Below, in pieces: positions 56,522 through 64,000 of a stretch of DNA of 64,000 nt. The position numbers were made by a program, and so were the translations under genes. Origin of the DNA: an uncultured Actinomycetes bacterium (lineage in GTDB: Bacteria; Actinomycetota; UBA4738; HRBIN12); the NCBI GenBank assembly GCA_963704885.1, contig CAVPIB010000008.1, forward strand, positions 1-64,000, given 5' to 3'. The notes below the pieces were generated by a model. The model did no database searches. It worked only from the letters and a program-made list of their open reading frames with translations, and was not told the origin of the DNA. The first letter of the stretch is position 1. Every line of letters starts with the position of its first letter.

Positions 56522-58246
56522 ATGGGGATCCGTCGAAACCTCCTCGCCTCGCTCCTGGCCGCGCTGACCTTGCTGGCGGCTTGTACCTCCACGGGGTCCG
56601 ACCCCGGCGATGGCCCCAGCGGAGCCGGGACGACCGGCCCGTCGGTCGAGCCGACGTCGCCTGGGTCCGTGCCGGACGGTGCGATCGAGCGCGCGGTATG
56701 CGCGATACCCGATCTGCTGCTGTCCAGGACGTGGCGCGGGGACCGGCGCGACCGATCCGGCGACATCCAACTGCTCCCGAAGGAACCGAACTTCGTCGGA
56801 CACGGCGGCCTGCCGCATTCAGGACCGTGGGACTACATCTCGGCCGTGCCGTTGCTCTGGTACGGGCCCGGCCACATCCGCGAGGCAGGCGAGATCGGTC
56901 GACGTGTAACGCTAGCCGACCTGGCGCCGACCACGGGCGAGCTGATCGGATTCCCGTTCGACGCGCCGGACGGCCAAGTGCTGCAGGACGCACTGGAGCC
57001 GGGAGCCACGCCGGCGAAGCTGGTCGTGACGGTCGTGTGGGACGGCGCCGGGAGCGAAGTACTGAGTGCATGGCCCGACGACTGGCCGTACCTCCGGTCG
57101 CTGATCCCGAGGGGTGTGTGGTACGAGCGCGCGGAGGTGGGGTCGTCGCCACCGAGCACCGCGCAGATCCACGCGACGATGGGGACCGGCGCGTTCAGCC
57201 GGAACCACGGCATCGTGGCGCACCATTTCCGGATCGGCGCAACCCTGACGGATCCCTGGACCCGCGGGCCGGGCTCGCTGATCCTGCCGACGATCGGCGA
57301 TCTATACGACCAGGCGCGCGGCAACGAGCCGTTGATCGGCGCCATCGCGACCGTCGCGATCCACCTGGGGATGCTGGGGCACGGCTCCTACATGACGGGG
57401 GGCGACCGGGACCTGGCCGTCACGCGCGAGATCGAGGGCGCGGCGACGCTCGGCGCCGAGGGCGTCCGCTGGCGCCTCACAGGCAACGTCAAGCCGTACT
57501 ACGACTTCCCCGCCTACGTGAACAGACTCCCGAGGATCTCGAACTACTTCGGCGATGTGGATCGAAGCGACGGCCAGCTCGACGGCGCGTGGCACGGCCA
57601 CGATCTGGCGGGGCCCGAGACGCTCGGTGGCTTCATGACTCCGGCGCGGATCCCGTACCAGAACGACCTGATCGAGGAGGTCGTGCGACGCGAGGGCTTC
57701 GGTGCAGACGACGTGCCCGACCTGCTGTACATCAACTACAAGCTGACCGACGAGATCGGGCACACGGACTCGATGAACAGCGTCGAGATGTCTGACGCCG
57801 TGCGTGCCACGGACGAGGGACTGCGAGAACTGGTCGGGATCCTCGACTCGGTCGTGGGCGAGGGGGAGTGGGCGATGGCGGTCACGGCCGACCACGGCCA
57901 CACGCCCGACCCGGACGTGAGCGGGGCGTACGTGATCTCGCCCACGGCGGTGGCCGACGTGACGAACGCTGCGTTCGACCTGGACGACGACGAGGTGAAG
58001 GTCGTCGAGTACACCCAGCCGACGCAGGTGTTCATCAATCAGGGCGAGCTGGCCGAGCACGGATCCACCCTGAACGACGTGTCGGCGTTCCTGATGGGGC
58101 TGACGTTCCGCGACGTCGGTTCGCCAACGTGGCCCGTTCCCGAGGGGAGTTTGGACCAGAAGGCGTTCGTGGCGGCTTACCCGTCTCAACTGCTCGACAC
58201 CCTCGCGTGCGTCCCTCGCGGTCCCGGACCGGCGGGTTCCGGATGA
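56522..58246 (+). CDS. Alkaline phosphatase superfamily (PafA/NPP-like) lipoprotein with circularly permuted motif order
   Basis: Lipobox LAAC; KLVVTVVWDG, PSTAQIHATMGTG...HGI, TDEIGH, TADHG; RSGD...HSGPWDY...DLAPT block placed first. Confidence 0.88.
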   Translation: MGIRRNLLASLLAALTLLAACTSTGSDPGDGPSGAGTTGPSVEPTSPGSVPDGAIERAVCAIPDLLLSRTWRGDRRDRSGDIQLLPKEPNFVGHGGLPHSGPWDYISAVPLLWYGPGHIREAGEIGRRVTLADLAPTTGELIGFPFDAPDGQVLQDALEPGATPAKLVVTVVWDGAGSEVLSAWPDDWPYLRSLIPRGVWYERAEVGSSPPSTAQIHATMGTGAFSRNHGIVAHHFRIGATLTDPWTRGPGSLILPTIGDLYDQARGNEPLIGAIATVAIHLGMLGHGSYMTGGDRDLAVTREIEGAATLGAEGVRWRLTGNVKPYYDFPAYVNRLPRISNYFGDVDRSDGQLDGAWHGHDLAGPETLGGFMTPARIPYQNDLIEEVVRREGFGADDVPDLLYINYKLTDEIGHTDSMNSVEMSDAVRATDEGLRELVGILDSVVGEGEWAMAVTADHGHTPDPDVSGAYVISPTAVADVTNAAFDLDDDEVKVVEYTQPTQVFINQGELAEHGSTLNDVSAFLMGLTFRDVGSPTWPVPEGSLDQKAFVAAYPSQLLDTLACVPRGPGPAGSG

Positions 58247-58311
58247 CCGGTCGGTCGGTCGGTCGTTGAGATGGCCTCGAGAGGCCCGCTGCTAGACTGC
58301 CCTCCGTTCCT

Positions 58312-58387
58312 TCCGGGGTAGCTCAATCGGCAGAGCGGCGGACTGTTAATCCGTAGGTTGTGGGTTCGAGTCCCACCCCCGGAGCCA
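58312..58387 (+). tRNA. tRNA-Asn(GTT)
   Basis: 76-nt cloverleaf: acceptor TCCGGGG/CCCCGGA, anticodon loop CTGTTAA, GTTCGAGTC T-loop, encoded CCA. Confidence 0.97.
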
Positions 58388-58503
58388 CCGTTCCTAACGT
58401 CGGACCTGGTCACCTCGCAGCCGTAGGCGCTCAACTCAAAGGGACCGGTGCCATTCGCCTGCATGCTGCCCCACGACCCGTCCGTTCGGATTAGGGTTCG
58501 TTC

Positions 58504-58914
58504 ATGCCCGACCCGTTACCCCAACGCAACCTGATACTCATCCTGGCGAGGAACTTCGCCTCGCGCCTGGCCACCGCCGTCTTCCTCGTGGATGCCGAGG
58601 GGCGCGTCATCTTCTTCAACGAAGCGGCCGAACGTCTGCTGGGCCAGCGATTCGTCGAGGGCCACGGCATGACACCCGCCGAGTACGCCAAGCTCTTCCA
58701 GCCATCTGACGACGAGGGGAACCCGATCCCGATATTGGAGACGCCCCTCGGTGTCGCGTTCGCGCGGGGCGAGCCGGGTCACGGACGACTCAAGATCCGT
58801 GGCGCCGATGGCATCACGCGGTCGATCGAGGCCACTGCTTTCCCGCTCCTCGCCCACACGGACGAGCTCGTCGGGGCGATCACTATCTTCTGGGAGCTCC
58901 CGGACGGGAGGTAG
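58504..58914 (+). CDS. Stand-alone PAS-domain protein
   Basis: AVFLVDAEGRVIFFNEAAERLLG...DG..R.IE.TAFPL....LVGAI.IF. Confidence 0.88.
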   Translation: MPDPLPQRNLILILARNFASRLATAVFLVDAEGRVIFFNEAAERLLGQRFVEGHGMTPAEYAKLFQPSDDEGNPIPILETPLGVAFARGEPGHGRLKIRGADGITRSIEATAFPLLAHTDELVGAITIFWELPDGR

Positions 58915-59757
58915 ATGCGGGCGCGGATCTGGGGATGTCGCGGCTCCATCGCCACGCCGGTTTCGGAGACGGCGCGATACGGAGGGAACACCTCGTGCAT
59001 CGAGGTGCGGCTCGATGACGGAACCTTGCTCATCCTTGACGCGGGAACGGGAGCGCGAGGGCTCGGTCTCGCCCTTCTCGAGGATCCGCCTGAGAGGATC
59101 CACCTGCTCCTCACGCATCTCCACGTCGACCACTTGGAGGGTCTCGGGGCCTTCGAGCCGATCTGGCGTGCCGATACCGACCTGCACATCTGGGGACCGG
59201 CGTCGCCTATAGCCTCGCTCGACGAGCGGATCGCCACGTACTTCTCGCCTCCGTTGTTCCCGATCCACATGTCGGAAGTGCCAGCCCGGTGCACGTTCCA
59301 TGACTCTCCCGAGAACCGATGGCAGATCGGCGGCGCGACGCTGTGGTCGGCTCCGATCCAGCATCCGGGTGCGACCGTCGGCTATCGGATCGAGGCCGAT
59401 GGGAAGGTGCTGACGTATCTCACCGACCACGAGCCGGCTCTCGGCGTGGACCTTCGAACCATGCCTCCGGACTGGATCTCGGGGTTCGCGCTGGCGTCTC
59501 GCGCGGACGTACTGGTCCACGATTGCCAGTACACGCCGGAGGAGTACGAAAGGCGTTTCGGCTACGGTCACTCGAGCACCGAGCACGTGGCCGTGTTCGC
59601 CGAGAAGGCCGATGTCGATCGTCTGGTGCTCTTCCACCACGACCCGATGCACACCGACGTGCAACTAGACGCGATGCGCGACGACGTCGTCGATCGGTGG
59701 CGCGCGGACCCGGAGCGATGCCTGCTGGCGACCGAGGGTGCTGAGTTGATCCTCTAG
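58915..59757 (+). CDS. MBL-fold hydrolase (RNase Z/cyclic phosphodiesterase-like)
   Basis: WGCRGS, YGGNTSC, LDAGTG, THLHVDH, TDHE, GHS, FHHDP. Confidence 0.92.
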   Translation: MRARIWGCRGSIATPVSETARYGGNTSCIEVRLDDGTLLILDAGTGARGLGLALLEDPPERIHLLLTHLHVDHLEGLGAFEPIWRADTDLHIWGPASPIASLDERIATYFSPPLFPIHMSEVPARCTFHDSPENRWQIGGATLWSAPIQHPGATVGYRIEADGKVLTYLTDHEPALGVDLRTMPPDWISGFALASRADVLVHDCQYTPEEYERRFGYGHSSTEHVAVFAEKADVDRLVLFHHDPMHTDVQLDAMRDDVVDRWRADPERCLLATEGAELIL

Positions 59758-59869
59758 TGTCTCGACACCGCGCCCGGTGCGGTCCCGCCGATCCGTGGTG
59801 TTAACTCCCTCTTCAAGTGTGGTGTGAGCACCGTGAGCGTCTGTGCCCTCCCGGCCGTACCGTCTTGGT

Positions 59870-61258
59870 ATGAAACGATCCGTCGTTGCACTGTTGATCT
59901 TGACCCTCGCAGCGGCGAGCTGTGACGCGGCATCGCCTGCTCCTGCGACGCCCACCTCGGCCGGCCGGAGCGATGGTCTCCACCATGTGGTCCTAGACAC
60001 GGACCTAGCCTTCGACGACATCATGGCGCTCCTCTACCTCCTGCGCCGCGACGACGTATCGGTGGATGCGGTGACCGTGGCAGGGACGGGGGAGGCTCAC
60101 TGTGACCCCGGGGTCCGCAACGCCCAGGCGCTCTTGGCTCTGGGCGGCTCCCCAGATACCCCCGTCGCCTGTGGTCGCGAGACGCCGCTCGACGGCTCGA
60201 ACGCCTTCCCCGACGAGTGGCGTGTCGCGGTCGACGATCTGTCGATGCTCGATCTGCCGCAGGTGAGCGGCGAGGCGGACCCGAGAGGTGCGGCCGGGCT
60301 GCTGCTCGATTCGCTCGACGGCGAGACTACCCTGATCACCCTGGGGCCGCTCACGAACGTCGCCGAGGCGCTCCGGGTCGATCCGACGCTCGCCGAGCGG
60401 GTGCCGACCTTCGTCGCCATGGCCGGTGCGATCGATGTCGCGGGTAATGCCCCGGGAGAGGTTGCGGAGTACAACGTGTGGGCGGATCCTCTAGCTGCGA
60501 AGGAGGTTATCGAGGGCATGGGTGTGGCGCTCGTCCCGCTCGACGCCACCAACGACGTCCCTTTCACCCGGTACTTCGCGGACGTGCTCGAGCAGAACCT
60601 GCGGACACCGGAGGCTGAGGCTGTGTTCACGCTCATCGGCGCGAACGAGGACCAGTTCTTCAGTGACGGGTACTCGTTCTGGGACACGTTGGCGACGGCC
60701 CTGGTCTTCGAGCCCGATATCGCAACGTGGGATGAGGCTTCCGTTTCCGTCACCCCGTCGGCGTCCGCGGCCGGCTGGATCGCTCGCCTCGACAAAGGCT
60801 CGCCCGTTCGCTTCGCAGACGCAGTGCCCGATCCCCTCGAGTTCGAGCGGGAGTACCTCTCGACGCTCACGGGAGGTCCGGTCGGCGCCCTGCGGCCTGA
60901 GCCCACCCTGACGGTGGCCTTCGACGGCCGGCGATGCACGGTGTCTCCGACGTCGATCCCCTCTGGTTCTCACGACGTCGCCTATATCGCCCCGACCGAG
61001 TCCGGATCCGCCGCGATCCTCGTTCGGTTCCGAGCTGGTTCGTCCTACGAGAAGCTGCGGGATGCACTCGGGCCTCCCGGCTCGGAGGTCAACACGGAGG
61101 ACCCCGCGATCATGAAGACCGAGCCGTTCGCGTGGATCCTCGGGCTGACTCCGGTCGAGATCCCCGCCGGGATGATCGCGGCCGTATGCGTGACAGGTGA
61201 GGAGAGCGGGGACGCGCCGCCACGAGCCTGGCTCAGTCCAAGGGTCGACGTGACATGA
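59870..61258 (+). CDS. Lipoprotein nucleoside hydrolase with extra C-terminal domain
   Basis: Signal with AASC; DTDLAFDD (DxDxxxDD), LGPLTN, AEYN.WADP, VPLDAT, FWD. Confidence 0.9.
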   Translation: MKRSVVALLILTLAAASCDAASPAPATPTSAGRSDGLHHVVLDTDLAFDDIMALLYLLRRDDVSVDAVTVAGTGEAHCDPGVRNAQALLALGGSPDTPVACGRETPLDGSNAFPDEWRVAVDDLSMLDLPQVSGEADPRGAAGLLLDSLDGETTLITLGPLTNVAEALRVDPTLAERVPTFVAMAGAIDVAGNAPGEVAEYNVWADPLAAKEVIEGMGVALVPLDATNDVPFTRYFADVLEQNLRTPEAEAVFTLIGANEDQFFSDGYSFWDTLATALVFEPDIATWDEASVSVTPSASAAGWIARLDKGSPVRFADAVPDPLEFEREYLSTLTGGPVGALRPEPTLTVAFDGRRCTVSPTSIPSGSHDVAYIAPTESGSAAILVRFRAGSSYEKLRDALGPPGSEVNTEDPAIMKTEPFAWILGLTPVEIPAGMIAAVCVTGEESGDAPPRAWLSPRVDVT

Positions 61259-61269
61259 GCTCGGTCAAG

Positions 61270-62355
61270 CTAGCGATCCAGCCGGTAGAAGCGAAGGAAG
61301 TCGTGCTCGATCGGCAGGATCGAGACGTTCTCGAACCCGGCGCCCTTCGCGTAGTTCTCGAACGTCGCTCTCCTCATCACGGTGCCTGTCGCCGCTGAGG
61401 TGTGGTCGTCCATGGCCGAGGGCAGGCAGCACAGGACGCTGTAGGCGTAGAAGATCCGTTCGGTTTCACTGGCGGGCGCCGTGAACGAGTCCTCGGTCCG
61501 CTCGTCGGCGACTATCAGCGTGCCGCCGGGCTTCAGCATCCCTCTGATCGAGCTCAAGACCGCCACGGGCTGCGACATGTCGTGGATCGACTCGACCACG
61601 ACCGCCAGGTCGTAGCTGCCCTCTAGTGTGGGATCGGCCGCGTCCTTAGCGTGGAAGTTCACGCGGTCGGCGACGCCGGCCTCCTCGGCGTTGCGCGAGG
61701 CGAGCTCGATGGAAAGGTCGTCGGGATCGATGCCGTCGACCGTGATGTTGGGGTAGGCCCGCGCGAGCGAGATGGCGGCCCAGCCGACCCCGCACGCGAT
61801 GTCGGCGACCCGCGCACCCGACTCGCTCAGGAGCCGGTCGTGGATGTCGGAGATGGAAGGGATGTATTCGGTGCCGAGCGAACCCACGAGCCAGGGCCGG
61901 TTGAAGTCACCCTGCGCTTCGGTCATGTCTTGGCCGTACGCGCTCCAGGGGACCGGGCCTCCGCTGCGGAACGCGGCGACGAGGTCCGGCATGGCGCCCG
62001 ACACCGCGACGAACGACTTGCAGAACGGCGCGATGGAGTACGGACTCTCGGGATCCAGCAAAGGCTCGATGTGCCCCGGCGGCAGGCTGTATCGGCGCTC
62101 GTGCTCCTGGGCCGATACGTCGTCTACAGCCAAGATGCCGGCTGCCGCCTGCTGTTCCAGCCATTCCCGCGAGTATCGCTCGAAGATCCCAGCGGTCGCG
62201 GCGAGTTCGGGGGCAGTCAGAGAGCCCGCCCGCTCGAGAGCCCGATAGAGCCCGAGTTTGTCTCCGAGGTAGACGGTCAGGATCTCGGCCATCCCGAGAC
62301 CCGCCGAGAACAACCTCCCAACCAGCTCGTCGCGCTGGGAATCCACATCAACCAT
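61270..62355 (-). CDS. Class I SAM methyltransferase with N-terminal winged helix (Rv2258c-like)
   Basis: GDKLGLYRAL, ERY.REWL, VADIACGVG, IHDM..P. Confidence 0.92.
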   Translation of the reverse strand: MVDVDSQRDELVGRLFSAGLGMAEILTVYLGDKLGLYRALERAGSLTAPELAATAGIFERYSREWLEQQAAAGILAVDDVSAQEHERRYSLPPGHIEPLLDPESPYSIAPFCKSFVAVSGAMPDLVAAFRSGGPVPWSAYGQDMTEAQGDFNRPWLVGSLGTEYIPSISDIHDRLLSESGARVADIACGVGWAAISLARAYPNITVDGIDPDDLSIELASRNAEEAGVADRVNFHAKDAADPTLEGSYDLAVVVESIHDMSQPVAVLSSIRGMLKPGGTLIVADERTEDSFTAPASETERIFYAYSVLCCLPSAMDDHTSAATGTVMRRATFENYAKGAGFENVSILPIEHDFLRFYRLDR

Positions 62356-62446
62356 GACGATCTCCCCCTCGTTGTTCTGGAATCGACAGATGCTTCGTCG
62401 GGACCGATGTGGTTGTCAAGGTCCCGCGGCCTCACGATCTCCCGGC

Positions 62447-63364
62447 TCAGCGGTCCCGCAGTCGCGGACTGAGAACCTCGTCGAGGGCGTAGCCCACCAT
62501 CGTGAACGAGAGGGTCACGATCAAGATCGCGAGCCCTGGAGGTATCAGCCACCACCACCAGCCGGCGGAGAGCGCCCCGGCCGTGAAGGACTCCTCGATG
62601 ATTCGGCCCCACGAGATCGTGTTCGGGTCGCCCAGACCCAGGATCGCGAGCGTCGTCTCCGACAGGATCGCGAGAGCCACCATCAGGACGGCGTTCGCGA
62701 ACAGAACCGGGAAGACGTTCGGGAGCACGTGTCGTGTCAGGAGATGCCAATGCCCGGCACCCAGAGCGCGCGACCGTTCGATGAACGGTCGCTCTTTCAC
62801 GCTGAGGGCCTGTGATCGAACCAGCCGCGCGGTGCTCGCCCAAGAAGTGATCGCGATGACGAGGATCACGTTGAAGAGCGTCGGTCCCAGTATCGACGCC
62901 AGCGCGATCGCGAGCGCTATCCACGGCAGTACCAGGAACCAGTTCGTGAATGCGTTGAGCGCGGTGTCGACCTTCGTGCCTCCGAAGTAGCCCGCGGTGA
63001 TACCTACCGCGGCACCGATCAGGATCGCGCCCAAGGCGGCCGTGAAGCCGACAAGGAGCGAGATCCGTGTACCCACGATCATCAGCAAGAGCACGGATCG
63101 ACCGAAGTTATCGGTACCCAGGGGGAAGGCGAGCGAGGGCGGTGACAGGGGTACACCGGGTGCGGTGGCCGGGTCGATCGCCGAGGCCGGTACGAAGAAG
63201 GGTCCAACGATGGCGAGCACCACGAAGAACGTGAGAACCATCAGGCCGATGCGCCCCTGGCGGTTCTGCATGAAGGTCCGCCAGTGCGCGGCGATCGCCG
63301 CACGGCGCCGTCCCCAGATGAGAGACCGCGCCGACGGGTGCTCGAGCTTAGGCTCGGCCGACAT
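62447..63364 (-). CDS. Peptide/nickel ABC transporter permease (DppC/OppC-like)
   Basis: PLGTDNFGR, GTRISL, FIE.SRALGA, HVLPN. Confidence 0.95.
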   Translation of the reverse strand: MSAEPKLEHPSARSLIWGRRRAAIAAHWRTFMQNRQGRIGLMVLTFFVVLAIVGPFFVPASAIDPATAPGVPLSPPSLAFPLGTDNFGRSVLLLMIVGTRISLLVGFTAALGAILIGAAVGITAGYFGGTKVDTALNAFTNWFLVLPWIALAIALASILGPTLFNVILVIAITSWASTARLVRSQALSVKERPFIERSRALGAGHWHLLTRHVLPNVFPVLFANAVLMVALAILSETTLAILGLGDPNTISWGRIIEESFTAGALSAGWWWWLIPPGLAILIVTLSFTMVGYALDEVLSPRLRDR

Positions 63365-63365
63365 C

Positions 63366-64000
63366 TCAGGCCTCCCGCACGCGTGGATCGACGTAGCCGT
63401 AGGCCACGTCGGCGACTAGGTTGAACGCGATCACGGCCGCACTCGACAGCAGGAACACACCCTGGATCACTGGATAGTCGAGCGTCTGGATCGCGTTGTA
63501 CGTGAGCAGCCCGATCCCGGGCCATGAGAAGACAGCCTCGATCACTACCGCCCCGCCCAGCACGAAGCCGATGCTCAGGAAGATCAGCGTGAAGGTCGGG
63601 AGGAAGGCGTTGGGTACGACGTGCCTGCGCCGGATCATCGACTCGGGCACACCTTTGGCACGCGCGACCATGACGAAGTCCTCGTTCACCGTGTCGACCA
63701 TCGAGGAGCGCATGATGATGGAGTACGAGCCGATGTAGCCGAGCGTGAGCGTGAGCACGGGCAGGAACAGGTGATCGGCGATGTCGACGACCCGGGCCAT
63801 GCCGGTGAGTCCGCCCGACTCGAACCCCCCCGCCGGGAACCACCCCAGGATCCCCGAGAACGTGATCAGGAGCAGCATCCCGAGCCAGCCCTCGGGCATC
63901 GAGTACAGGACCATCGACCCGTAGAGAGTCGAGGTGTCGAACCGGCTCCCCCGTGACCACCCGCCCTTGATACCGATCAAGACCCCGAGCACGGTCGCGA
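63366..64000 (-). CDS. Peptide/nickel ABC transporter permease (DppB/OppB-like), 5'-truncated by the window edge
   Basis: HLFLPVLTL, EDFV..ARAKG, E.VFSWPGIG, DYPVIQG, VDPRVR. Confidence 0.95.
   Translation of the reverse strand, partial: ATVLGVLIGIKGGWSRGSRFDTSTLYGSMVLYSMPEGWLGMLLLITFSGILGWFPAGGFESGGLTGMARVVDIADHLFLPVLTLTLGYIGSYSIIMRSSMVDTVNEDFVMVARAKGVPESMIRRRHVVPNAFLPTFTLIFLSIGFVLGGAVVIEAVFSWPGIGLLTYNAIQTLDYPVIQGVFLLSSAAVIAFNLVADVAYGYVDPRVREA

Noticed and set aside
58312-64000. Genomic island integrated at tRNA-Asn
   Set aside because: No integrase and no duplicated tRNA 3' end seen downstream within the window

Overview
High-GC bacterial chromosome segment, most consistent with a deep-branching actinobacterium (inferred from gene content and order). 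Bases 1-4052 are the right end of an integrated phage-like element: xis and cro-like genes, an XRE repressor, a tyrosine integrase and one cargo gene, ending in the 3' half of a tRNA-Ala(GGC) (attR). A short accessory block follows: Kelch lipoprotein, response regulator, histidine kinase, BNR surface protein, saccharopine dehydrogenase-like gene and vapBC. The rest is a core backbone with interspersed accessory genes: leuS-comEA-comEC-holA-rpsT-lepA-hemW-hrcA-dnaJ-HIT-phoH-ybeY-CNNM-cdd-era-deoC-ALDH pair, recO-uppS, glyQS, ppdK, dgt-dnaG-rpoD and tRNA-Asn. The window ends in peptide ABC permeases. Most notable: an apparently circularly permuted alkaline-phosphatase-superfamily lipoprotein; a class 3 (Ala1, WCT triplet) LAGLIDADG intein in PhoH; a CRP-type palindrome at about -42 of the comEA-comEC promoter; an orphan H-NOX gene; two sigma28/WhiG-like promoters; and pervasive leaderless gene starts. 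Several single-base frameshifts (leuS, hemW, the repressor) are probably assembly indels. No CRISPR array or rRNA was seen. All family assignments come from reading motifs by eye, not from database searches.
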